Assembly: GCA_963716745.1 (NCBI GenBank)
Contig: OY970320.1
Span: 3,008,001 to 3,072,000, forward strand
Direction of reading: 5' to 3'
DNA from: an uncultured Gemmatimonadaceae bacterium
Lineage (GTDB): Bacteria > Gemmatimonadota > Gemmatimonadetes > Gemmatimonadales > Gemmatimonadaceae
DNA length: 64,000 bases
The first letter of the stretch is position 1. Each line of letters opens with the position of its first letter. Positions 10,694-19,633 of the stretch are shown one piece after another. The notes under the pieces were generated by a model. It ran no database searches and was not told the origin of the DNA. It saw nothing but the letters and a program-made list of their open reading frames with translations. Both the position numbers and the translations under genes were made by a program.

Positions 10694-12187
10694 TTAACGC
10701 AGAGGACGGCCCACCGCGCGTTCCAGCGCGGCGAATGCCCGGTGATAATCGAAGATCGATGCGAAGCGCTGCTCGACGGCCTGCTGGAACTGGTCGCGCT
10801 GCGTGGACAGGTCGACGGCCGTCGCGGAACCCACGCGGTACTTCTCTTGGGCGAGATTGAGCGCAAGCTGCGCCTGGGCCTCGTTCTCGACGGACAGGTC
10901 GTACGCTTCGATCGCCGCCTGAAGCGTGAGATACGCGCTCGTCACACTCGCGGTGAGACTGAGTTCCTGCGAACGGATGCGGTAGCGCGCGTCGTTCTCC
11001 GCCGCCTTCGCATCTTCCACGCCCGCGATGCGCTGATAGCCATCGAGGATCGGGAGCGACAAGGTGATGCTCGCCTGGAAGGGCGACTTGGTGAACGCCC
11101 AGTTCCGCACGGCGGCATTCTGCTTCAGGATCGCCGCCGTGTCGGGCGGCAGATAGAGCGCGTTGCAATTGAGATTGGCCATGCCGACGCCCGTGCGCAC
11201 CGAGTCCTGCGTGGCGCAGCTCGAGAGACCCGCGAAGTAATTCGATGTGGCCGAGCTCACCGGGAAATCGGAATTCGTGTATTGGTTCGCGTATCCGCCC
11301 CAGCCCGCCTGCGCCGAGAGCGTGGGCAGGAAGGTGCCCTTCGCTTGCGTCGTGCCGGTCTGCGCCGCGGCATAGCGCGCTTCGAGCGCCATGAGCGCCG
11401 GGTTATAGTGGCGCGCGAGCGAGAGCACGGAATCGAGGCTGAACGTGGGCCGCGTGACCGGGATCCGCGTGACCAGCCGGACGCCCGGCGGCTCGGGAAT
11501 GCCGATCAACTGGAACATCGCCAGCCGGTCGACCTGCGTCTGATTGTTCGCGCGGATCGCCGCGATCTTCTGGTTTCCGAGGCCCACTTTGGCTTTGGAG
11601 AGATCGAGCTGCGTACCGGATCCGACCGACAACTTGGCCTGCGCCAGGTCCACCTGGATCTGGTTGCTCACGATCAGCGAATCCTGCAGCGACGCGTTCG
11701 CCTCGTCGACCAGCACGAGCAGATAGGAGTCCGCGACGTTCGAGCGGAGCGTCGCCGCCGCGCTCGCGATGTCGGCATCGGCGGCATCCAGCGTGTGGCC
11801 GGTGCGCGATGGATTCGTGAACGTCGTGACGTTCAGTTGATAGTTCAGATTGATCCCGTACCCCGACTGGACCTGGTCGGAGCCGGTGGTCAGACCGGTC
11901 ACGCCGTTGACGTTGATCGGGCCCTGTTGCAGATAGCCGCCCGAAAGGCTCACGCCGGCGTTCGGAATGAACGCGGCGTACGCCGCCTTGTTCCGAGCCG
12001 ACGCGGGACTCCGCTGGTCGACCACCTGCTGGTATTCCGGATTATTCTTGAGCGCGAGCGCCACTGCCTGCTCGAGCGTAAGGGCCGGCCCGGTCGTATC
12101 GGTCGCCACTTGAGCGCTCGCAGATACCGCGAAAATGGCGGTACCCAGAACGAGACTGGCGGCCGCGACGGACTTCGAAACTCGCAT
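10694..12187 (-). CDS. TolC-family outer membrane efflux protein
   Basis: signal peptide, LTLEQAVALALKNNP, two helical repeats, ends ALERAVGRPLR; heads the MFP/ABC operon. Confidence 0.92.
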   Translation of the reverse strand: MRVSKSVAAASLVLGTAIFAVSASAQVATDTTGPALTLEQAVALALKNNPEYQQVVDQRSPASARNKAAYAAFIPNAGVSLSGGYLQQGPINVNGVTGLTTGSDQVQSGYGINLNYQLNVTTFTNPSRTGHTLDAADADIASAAATLRSNVADSYLLVLVDEANASLQDSLIVSNQIQVDLAQAKLSVGSGTQLDLSKAKVGLGNQKIAAIRANNQTQVDRLAMFQLIGIPEPPGVRLVTRIPVTRPTFSLDSVLSLARHYNPALMALEARYAAAQTGTTQAKGTFLPTLSAQAGWGGYANQYTNSDFPVSSATSNYFAGLSSCATQDSVRTGVGMANLNCNALYLPPDTAAILKQNAAVRNWAFTKSPFQASITLSLPILDGYQRIAGVEDAKAAENDARYRIRSQELSLTASVTSAYLTLQAAIEAYDLSVENEAQAQLALNLAQEKYRVGSATAVDLSTQRDQFQQAVEQRFASIFDYHRAFAALERAVGRPLR

Positions 12188-12260
12188 CGGTTGGATTCCT
12201 GGTTGATGTCCTGGTGAACGTACGGCCGCTTGGACACGACGGTTTCACGCCGTGATGCAA

Positions 12261-12289
12261 CGCGCCCCGCCGGTGCAAGGCGGGGCGCG
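12261..12289. terminator. GC-rich stem-loop between secreted protein gene and tolC
   Basis: CGCGCCCCGCC-7 nt-GGCGGGGCGCG perfect 11 bp stem; no clear U tract. Confidence 0.4.
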
Positions 12290-12324
12290 GTTGGTGCCGG
12301 AACGAGCTCGGAAACGCGTTCCGA

Positions 12325-13029
12325 TCAGCGCGGCATCTCGTCGCGGACCGCACTCACTTCGCCGAGCGTCACCTTGAGCACCCGGCCCTTGGAATCTACC
12401 CAAATGTCGCGCGTCGCGCCGCCCGTGATGGTCGCGTTCAGCCGATGCGCGTCGGTGGGCGTGCCGCCGACCACGACGCGCTCGACGCCCATCGGCTGCA
12501 CATGCATCGTCTGCTGCACGTTGCGCGTGGGGATCACCACGGGCACGGAGAACGCCGCCCCCTTGAAACGCTGCGCGAGGAAGTAGTACTGGTGGAAGAC
12601 ATCATCGTCGATCACGAGGGCCCCATCCGACACGATGTACTCCTTCGCGGCCTCGCCCGTGGGCGTACGCACGCGCGCGCTGAACCGACCGCGCGCGATC
12701 ACACCCTTGAGCCGCAATTGCAGCTGGTCGTTGGTGCGCACTTCCATCTGGTAGGCGAGGGGCGCGAAGCCTGTGTCGGTGCGGAGCGCCGGCGTGAGGC
12801 GTTGCGCGTCGAAATCGACGGTCGCGTTGGCGACGTACACGTCCTCGTTGGCGGTCACGGAGCGGCGGATGGTGAACGTCTCGCGGCCCACGCGCGCGCC
12901 TTTCCGGAAGATGGTGAAGCTGCCCTCGTCCACGATCGTTTCCTGCGCCGCGGCCGGGGCGGGGAGCTTCGCTGCGGCCACCGCGAGGGCGCCGGCGAGA
13001 ATGGCCCAGCGGATCGGAATGGCGTTCAT
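12325..13029 (-). CDS. secreted beta-rich hypothetical protein
   Basis: signal peptide ending PAAAQ; alternating strands; C-terminal DIWVDSKGRVLKV; ATGA-coupled to upstream gene. Confidence 0.75.
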   Translation of the reverse strand: MNAIPIRWAILAGALAVAAAKLPAPAAAQETIVDEGSFTIFRKGARVGRETFTIRRSVTANEDVYVANATVDFDAQRLTPALRTDTGFAPLAYQMEVRTNDQLQLRLKGVIARGRFSARVRTPTGEAAKEYIVSDGALVIDDDVFHQYYFLAQRFKGAAFSVPVVIPTRNVQQTMHVQPMGVERVVVGGTPTDAHRLNATITGGATRDIWVDSKGRVLKVTLGEVSAVRDEMPR

Positions 13030-13772
13030 TCGTCGCCGTCGGTGGTGAGGAAGAGCCGCTGGCCGACCCGTTCGCGGATCCGCTCATACAACGCGCGCCC
13101 GGTGAGGGCGTTCGCGGAGCTGGGGCAGCCCAGGCTCCGTGCGTTCTCGTCGGGGACGCGCAGTCGACCACCCCGGTAACGAGCGTATTCCGCCGCCGTG
13201 AGCGGCTGGTCGCGGGCCCGGTCGAGGCGCACCAGCGAGGGCGCGAGGTGTAGCAGGATCGACGTCTCGGCTTCGCCGCCGGGCAACGGGCCGGGATCGG
13301 TGGATAGGAGGTCCGCCATCGGGATCGTCCACAGGTCGGCGACACGCAAGCGCGCGGAGCGCGTCACTACAGTGATGAGCGCCTCCTGGTGGTAGATGTG
13401 GTCGTTGGCGCTGAGGAGGATAAATTCCTTGAAGCCGGCGTTCTCCCACTCGGCGATGAGGTCGTTGAGATAGCGATGGAGCGTCTTGCGGCGCACGGAA
13501 CTGTCGCCGGGCGTGGGGCGCGCCCCGGCGTGGAAGACGCCATACTCCACGGCGGGGGCGCGCAGCACGCCGAAGGCCGCGGACAGATCATCGGCGAGAC
13601 GTTCGACGATGATGGTCGGCGCGCCGAGCGGCAGTTGAGCGCCGCGCGGTTCGCAGGTGCCGACGGGCACGATGAGGCGCGGGTCCTCGACCATGAGGGC
13701 CGCGACCTCGGCTGGGGTCATCTCCTTGAGGCGCCGTGGCGCGGACGCGACGGCGCGGAGGGCAGCGGTCAT
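13026..13772 (-). CDS. creatininase-family protein with degenerate metal-binding motifs
   Basis: LKEMT..EV, IVPVGTCE, P.VEYG, GEAETS.LL.LAP.LVR. Confidence 0.8.
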   Translation of the reverse strand: MTAALRAVASAPRRLKEMTPAEVAALMVEDPRLIVPVGTCEPRGAQLPLGAPTIIVERLADDLSAAFGVLRAPAVEYGVFHAGARPTPGDSSVRRKTLHRYLNDLIAEWENAGFKEFILLSANDHIYHQEALITVVTRSARLRVADLWTIPMADLLSTDPGPLPGGEAETSILLHLAPSLVRLDRARDQPLTAAEYARYRGGRLRVPDENARSLGCPSSANALTGRALYERIRERVGQRLFLTTDGDE

Positions 13773-13803
13773 TCCGATTCGCGGTATCGAACGAGGTGAG
13801 GGC

Positions 13804-16800
13804 GTGTCCGGCGCGTCGGGCGCGCCGGCAATGCTCTGGACCGCTGCGGCAGCCGCCGCGGCGGTGGCTGCCGCGTGGTGGTTGCGCGACCCAGGAGTAC
13901 GCTACCTCGCGGTCGCGGCCGCCGCCACCGGTGTCGCGATGCTCCTCGGGTCGCGGCTGCCGGTGCGGGCGCGCGGCTGGGCGCTGGCGTTCGGCGCCGC
14001 CGCGGTGCTGTTCGTCGCGCTCGCGTCGGTGTCGCAGCTCAGCCTCACGCGGATCTCCTCCGATTGGCCGTCCTATCGCACGGCGCGCCTCGAACGCGGC
14101 GCGCTGGCGCTCAGCGGGGCGTACGCGCGCACCGCCACGTCGCTGCGCGAGGCGGCCATGCGCGCGCTCGATGCGCCGGCCGATCCGGTGGAAGCGTTTC
14201 GCGCGCTCGGACCGCTCGCGCCGGGCAGCGAGCGCGGCGTGCTGTTGTACGCGAAGGGGCAGCCGCTCGCGTGGGCGGGGCGGATGTTCACGGAGGCGGA
14301 CTCGCTCACCGCGCCGATCGGGATCGCGCGCGGCCCATTCTATGCGACGATGTACGCGACGGCGCTGCGCGGCGATCGGCGCGCGCTGGCCACCGCGGTG
14401 GTGCACGCCGAGCCGCCGGCCGACCGTCTCACGTCACCGGTGGATGGCGAGGTCGCGTTGCGCGAGGGCTTGAGCGGATTCCGTTTGCTCGTGCCGCTCG
14501 AGGACGGAGGCCCGCAGGTGGCGACGTTCGCGGACGGTCGCGATACGTTGTTGCGCGCGGAAGCGGTGGCGCCGGACTCCGAGGAGGCGCGGCTGATCGA
14601 ATCGGACCGGGCGCGGACGAGCGGGCTGCCGCTGGTCGCGATCGCGCTGGTGTTCATGGTGGCGGCGTCCTGGCGGCTGGGGCGCGGAGTGGCCTGGCGC
14701 TTGGCGCCGCTCGCGGCGGTGCTGCTCGCGGTCGCGGTGGCGCCGCTGAGCGCGCTGTCGTCACGCTCGGTGCTGTTCGATCCAACCGTGTACTACGCGA
14801 AGATCGGCGGGCCGTTCACGGCGAGCGCCGGCGCGCTCACGGTGGCGGCGGGATTCGCGTTGCTCGCGCTCATGCTGGCGCTCCGCGCACGGTTGCGCAC
14901 GCCGTCGCGCGGTATCGCCTTGCTCGTGGCGGCGGCAGTGGTGGGCGCGGCGCCGTTCCTCATGCGAGCGCTCGCGCGCGGCGTGTCGCCGCCGCCCGGC
15001 GGCGTGACGATCACGTTGTGGCTCGCCTGGGAGGTTTCGCTGTTCCTCACTGCGGCCACGCTGCTGGTGGCCGCCGCGGCGGCCGGCCGCTCCGCGCTCG
15101 GCCGCGCGCGCGTGCTGCCGGTGTGGCTCGCGCCGCTGCTGGCCAGCGTCGGCGCGATCACCGGTACGATCATCCTCGAGCCGCCGGGCGATTGGCCCTC
15201 CTGGTACACGCTACTATGGATGGCCGCGGTGGGCGCGCTCGCGATCTCCCGGCCGCACAAACGATACGTGCTCGCTGCCGGGATCGTCGCGGCGTGCGGG
15301 GCCGCGACGCTCACGTGGAACGCGGGCGTGCGCGGCCGCACGGCGCTCGCGAATCGCGATCTGGACGAGTTGACGTCGCCCGATCCCGACGTGACCGCGC
15401 TGCTGGCACGCTTCGGCGGCGTGCTCGCGATGCAGCCGCCGCCGCTCACGGAGCCCGAGCTGCTGCAGGCCTACATGCACTCGGACCTCGTGGGCGCGGG
15501 GTTCCCGGTGGCGCTCACGCGATGGAGTCCCACCGGCGAGATCCGCGCGCACATCGCGCTCGATCCCATCGAGCTGCCGGCGGACGCCGCGCGCGATCTG
15601 ATCGTGGGGGCGGGACGCGCCGGACGTCCGCTGGTGGAGACGGTGCTCGCGATGCCGGGCGTGCTCACGGCGCTCGCGGTGCCGTCGTATGGTGGCGGCG
15701 CGACCACGGTCACGGTCGCTCCGCGCACGCGTCTGATCCCCGAGAGTCCGTACATGCCGCTGCTCGGCTTGGCGCCGCGCGAGCACGGCGAACCGCCGTA
15801 CCAGATCTCGTTCGCGGGCGTGGATCCGGGCGGCGCCGTCGAGGCGGGCCGCACCACATGGTACCGCGGCGGCGACGATCTGCACGGCGACCGGGTCGTG
15901 CGCACCATGCACGGCCCGCGCCGCGCGCACATTGAGATCGCGCTGCGCTCGCCGATCGTGCTCGCGCAGCGCGGTGCGCTCGTCGTGATGCTCGACGTCA
16001 CCTTGCTGGCGCTCCTGTGGATCCTCACCGCCGCGCCCGGCCGCGTGAGCCGGCGATGGATGCGCGCAGGGCTGCGACGCTGGATGGCGAGCTATCGCGC
16101 GCGGCTCTCGCTGGCGCTGTTCGTCTTCTTCGTGCTGCCGGCGCTCGGCTTCGCGCTCTGGAGCTACGAGCGCCTGCTCACGGAGGACCGTCAGGCGCGC
16201 GAGCTCGTGGTGCGCGAGACGCTGCGCGCGGTGGAGAGCAGCGACATCGCGCGCATGGACTCCACCGGCGACCGGCTGCGCACGCCGCTGCTCGTATACC
16301 GCGCGGGGCTGCTGCGCTGGTCGAGCGACCCGCTGTGGGACGCGCTCGCGCCCACGGGGCGGCTGCTCGATCCGGCCACCTACCTGCTGCTGCGCGAGGG
16401 GCACGAAGAGTTCGCAGGCGAAGAAGAGCGCGTCGCCGGGGAGCGTGCGCTGTTCGGCTATCGCGCGGGCATCGTCGATGCCGGCGAGGCCTACGTGCTC
16501 GGCGCGCCGGGGCGCCTCGAGGACTTCGCGCTCGACCAGCGCCGGCGCGACCTCGCCGTGCTGCTGGCGCTCACCACGGTGCTCGGCGCGCTCGCGGCGC
16601 TGGCGCTCAGCCGCGCCGCCTCGCGCGCGCTCGCGCAGCCCATCGGCTCGCTGCGCGCCGCGGCGCTCGCGATCGCGGCGGGCGAGCATGAGCCGCCGCT
16701 CGAAGGCGAGCCGCCCGCCGAGTTCAGGCCGGTATTCTCGGCGTTCCGGCGAATGGCCGCGGACCTGGGCGCGAGCCGCGCGGCGCTCGAGGCGGCCGAG

Positions 16801-17778
16801 CGGCGCACGAGCGCGGTGCTGCGCAACGTGGCCACCGGCGTGGTGGCACTCGGTCCCGGCGGCGACGTGACGATCGCGAACCCGCGCGCCGAAGCGTTGC
16901 TCGATCACCCGCTGCCGCTGGGCACGCCGCTCGCGCGCGTGAACGCCGTGATCGCGCGGCAGGTGGCCACGTTCCTCGCATCGGATCGCGAGGAAGAGGA
17001 ATTCGAGACCGCGCTCGGCGAGCAGCAAATGCAAGCGCGGCTCACGCGCTTGGGGAGCGGCGGCGCGGTGCTCACGCTGGACGACGTGACGGAACTCGCG
17101 CGCGCCCAGCGCGTGCTCGCGTGGGGCGAAATGGCGCGGCAGGTGGCGCACGAGATCAAGAATCCGCTCACGCCGATCCGCCTCGGCGTGCAGCACCTCC
17201 AGCGCACGTACCAGGATTCCCGCGCGGACTTCGACCGGATCCTCGGCGACAACGCGACGCGCATCCTGGCCGAGATCGACCGGCTGGACGAGATCGCGCG
17301 CGCGTTCAGCCGGTATGGCAGCGCGCCGGCGAGCAGTATGCAGACCGAGGCGACCGACGTCGCGGCGGTGGTGCGCGACGTGATGGCGCTCGAGAAGATG
17401 GGGCGCGACAGCGTGGAGTGGCGGCTGCATGAGGATGGCGAGCGCGCGCTCGCGGTGGCGCGGCCCGATGAATTGCGCGAGGTGATGCTCAACGTGCTGG
17501 AGAACGCGCGCCACGCTGGAGCGACGCACGTGGACGTTCGTGTGTCGCCGCAGGACGGGCGCGTGCACGTGGAGGTGCGCGACGATGGCCGCGGCATTCC
17601 CGCGAGCGTGATGCCGCGACTGTTCGAGCCGCACTTCTCCACGCGCACGAGCGGGAGCGGACTCGGGTTGCCGATCAGCCGGCAACTGGTGGAATCGTGG
17701 GGCGGCGCGATCGCCGTCGCGAGCGAGGTGGACAAGGGGACCACGGTGCGCATCGAGCTGCGGCGCGTGGAATCGTGA
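13804..17778 (+). CDS. large multi-TM sensor histidine kinase, NtrY-like (HAMP, PAS-like, HisKA, HATPase)
   Basis: AWGEMARQVAHEIKNPLTPI H-box, NVLENA, DDGRGI, FEPHFST, GSGLGL; start uncertain (GTG 13804 or ATG 13831). Confidence 0.9.
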   Translation: MSGASGAPAMLWTAAAAAAAVAAAWWLRDPGVRYLAVAAAATGVAMLLGSRLPVRARGWALAFGAAAVLFVALASVSQLSLTRISSDWPSYRTARLERGALALSGAYARTATSLREAAMRALDAPADPVEAFRALGPLAPGSERGVLLYAKGQPLAWAGRMFTEADSLTAPIGIARGPFYATMYATALRGDRRALATAVVHAEPPADRLTSPVDGEVALREGLSGFRLLVPLEDGGPQVATFADGRDTLLRAEAVAPDSEEARLIESDRARTSGLPLVAIALVFMVAASWRLGRGVAWRLAPLAAVLLAVAVAPLSALSSRSVLFDPTVYYAKIGGPFTASAGALTVAAGFALLALMLALRARLRTPSRGIALLVAAAVVGAAPFLMRALARGVSPPPGGVTITLWLAWEVSLFLTAATLLVAAAAAGRSALGRARVLPVWLAPLLASVGAITGTIILEPPGDWPSWYTLLWMAAVGALAISRPHKRYVLAAGIVAACGAATLTWNAGVRGRTALANRDLDELTSPDPDVTALLARFGGVLAMQPPPLTEPELLQAYMHSDLVGAGFPVALTRWSPTGEIRAHIALDPIELPADAARDLIVGAGRAGRPLVETVLAMPGVLTALAVPSYGGGATTVTVAPRTRLIPESPYMPLLGLAPREHGEPPYQISFAGVDPGGAVEAGRTTWYRGGDDLHGDRVVRTMHGPRRAHIEIALRSPIVLAQRGALVVMLDVTLLALLWILTAAPGRVSRRWMRAGLRRWMASYRARLSLALFVFFVLPALGFALWSYERLLTEDRQARELVVRETLRAVESSDIARMDSTGDRLRTPLLVYRAGLLRWSSDPLWDALAPTGRLLDPATYLLLREGHEEFAGEEERVAGERALFGYRAGIVDAGEAYVLGAPGRLEDFALDQRRRDLAVLLALTTVLGALAALALSRAASRALAQPIGSLRAAALAIAAGEHEPPLEGEPPAEFRPVFSAFRRMAADLGASRAALEAAERRTSAVLRNVATGVVALGPGGDVTIANPRAEALLDHPLPLGTPLARVNAVIARQVATFLASDREEEEFETALGEQQMQARLTRLGSGGAVLTLDDVTELARAQRVLAWGEMARQVAHEIKNPLTPIRLGVQHLQRTYQDSRADFDRILGDNATRILAEIDRLDEIARAFSRYGSAPASSMQTEATDVAAVVRDVMALEKMGRDSVEWRLHEDGERALAVARPDELREVMLNVLENARHAGATHVDVRVSPQDGRVHVEVRDDGRGIPASVMPRLFEPHFSTRTSGSGLGLPISRQLVESWGGAIAVASEVDKGTTVRIELRRVES

Positions 17779-18854
17779 GAGCGATCGCGTGCGGCGCGGC
17801 GCTGCTCGTGGCGGCGGCGTGCGGCGGGACGCATCCGGCGACGGCGCAGCACGCGGATACATTGGTCGTCGCGAGAGACAGCGCGACGGTGCTGGCCGGC
17901 TACGCGCCGCCTGAGCAATGCGCGCAGTCGCCAGCGCGGCCCGCGCCTGCCGTGAGCGTGGCGGCGCACGCGGCTGACAGCGCGCCGCCCAAGTCGCGCT
18001 CGCGCGCCGCCGCGAACAAGAAGGGACGCGCCTATGCCGATACCGTGCGCGCGCCGCCGGAGATCCCGGCATCGCTGCCCGGGTCGCTGTTCCCCGGGTG
18101 CCGCGTGCTCGCGTACTACGGCAATCCGCTCTCGAAACGCATGGGGATCCTCGGTGCACTGCCGGGCGATTCGATGCTCGCGCGTCTCGCACGGCATGCG
18201 AAGGAGTACCACGCGCTGGACAGCGCGATGCCGGTGATCGTCGCGCTGCAGCTTGTGACGCCGGTGGCGCAGGCCGCGCCGGGCGGCGGTGGAAAATACC
18301 GATTGCGAATGAAGGATTCGACGATCGAGCATTTCGCGGCGCTCGCCGAGAAAGCGCACGGACTGCTCGTGCTGGACATGCAGGTGGGGAAGAGCACCGT
18401 CGGCGCGGAACTCGTGCCGCTCATGACCTATTTGCAACGGCCGTACGTGCATCTCGCGCTCGATCCGGAGTTCTCAGTGAAGCGCGCGGACAAGCGGCCG
18501 GGGCAGGTGATCGGCACACTCGATGCGAGCGACGTGAATCTCGCGATCGACACGCTCGCCGCGCTCGTGACGCGCTACCACTTGCCGCCGAAAATGCTCG
18601 TCGTGCACCGGTTCACGATCCCGATGCTCACGCACGCGCCCGCGATCAAGCTGGACCCGCGCGTGCAGGTGGTGCTCGACATGGACGGATTCGGTCCGCC
18701 GGAAGACAAGTACGGATCGTACGGCGCGTACGCGCACGACCGTCCGGTGGAATTCCCCGGCGTGAAACTGTTCTTCAAGCAGGACATGCCCATGCTCACG
18801 CCGCGCCAGGTGCTGGGACTGGACCCGCAGCCGGTGTACGTGCAGTACCAATAG
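17775..18854 (+). CDS. lipoprotein of unknown function
   Basis: GTGA overlap with kinase stop; lipobox AAAC; globular region AYYGNP..MGILG, LDMQVG, HLALDPEF, DMDGFG. Confidence 0.8.
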   Translation: MRAIACGAALLVAAACGGTHPATAQHADTLVVARDSATVLAGYAPPEQCAQSPARPAPAVSVAAHAADSAPPKSRSRAAANKKGRAYADTVRAPPEIPASLPGSLFPGCRVLAYYGNPLSKRMGILGALPGDSMLARLARHAKEYHALDSAMPVIVALQLVTPVAQAAPGGGGKYRLRMKDSTIEHFAALAEKAHGLLVLDMQVGKSTVGAELVPLMTYLQRPYVHLALDPEFSVKRADKRPGQVIGTLDASDVNLAIDTLAALVTRYHLPPKMLVVHRFTIPMLTHAPAIKLDPRVQVVLDMDGFGPPEDKYGSYGAYAHDRPVEFPGVKLFFKQDMPMLTPRQVLGLDPQPVYVQYQ

Positions 18855-18865
18855 CACGCTCGGAG

Positions 18866-18894
18866 TTGACAGGCCTCGCGGCCGCGGGCATCGT
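18866..18894 (+). promoter_or_regulatory. candidate sigma70 promoter
   Basis: TTGACA-17 nt-CATCGT; AGGAG RBS at 18931. Confidence 0.4.
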
Positions 18895-18935
18895 CTCTTG
18901 ATCACACGAGCGACCGAGCGATCCTTGGCCAGGAG

Positions 18936-19556
18936 ATGATGATGCGCACTCACACGCGATGGCTCGCCGCGCTGCTTATCGTTGCGGCCGGGTGCTCGAA
19001 GCCGGCGGACAAGCCCGCCGTAGCCGCGCCGGATACCACGGCCGCACCCGCGCCCGCTCCACCGCCCGCGCCTGTGCCGGCCCCCGCGCCTGCGCCCGCA
19101 CCGGCCCCGGCTCCAGCGGCGAAAGCCGAAACTACCGGGCAGATGAAACTGCGTCCCGCTCCCGCGCCGGCGTCGACCTTCAAGGTGCCCACCGCTGAGG
19201 TGGACCATGTGGACTTCGTGGGCCACGGTGCGGACCAGCAGGTGAGTCTCGTCGTGGACACGCTGACCAACGTCTCGTATGCGCATGGCACGCGTGACGT
19301 GACGTGCAAGGATGGGACGATGGTGAAGAGCGCGATCACGATGGCGGTCTACGGCGAGAACAACACGTTCAAACGCCCGGTGGGATCCGGCTGGTACGCC
19401 GCCAACCTCGAGCCCGGCCAGTGCGGCGCGAAGAAGGCGCTGATCTACGGCGAGCGCTTCGACGCCAACGGCACGGTGACCGCCGTAGGATTCGCGGCGA
19501 TCGATCCCAAGACGCACGAGCTCGTGGTGGCCGCGACGCCGGTCTCGACGCCGTAG
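18936..19556 (+). CDS. lipoprotein with Pro/Ala linker and unknown beta-rich domain
   Basis: lipobox AAGC, (PA)n tract, RBS; start may be ATG 18942. Confidence 0.8.
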   Translation: MMMRTHTRWLAALLIVAAGCSKPADKPAVAAPDTTAAPAPAPPPAPVPAPAPAPAPAPAPAAKAETTGQMKLRPAPAPASTFKVPTAEVDHVDFVGHGADQQVSLVVDTLTNVSYAHGTRDVTCKDGTMVKSAITMAVYGENNTFKRPVGSGWYAANLEPGQCGAKKALIYGERFDANGTVTAVGFAAIDPKTHELVVAATPVSTP

Positions 19557-19561
19557 CTCGA

Positions 19562-19632
19562 CGCGCAATGTGGTGATGCGGCGCGCGTCGCTCCGGTGAC
19601 GCGCGCCGCTCTGTCATCCGGCACGTTGCGCG
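19562..19632 (+). terminator. long stem-loop with C(UCCG)G tetraloop
   Basis: stem 19578-19591/19596-19609; outer stem 19562-19572/19622-19632. Confidence 0.5.
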
Positions 19633-19633
19633 C

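Noticed and set aside
19620..19633. Sigma54 -24/-12 motif GGCACG...GC before comM
   Set aside because: The GC abuts the ATG, so transcription would start inside the gene
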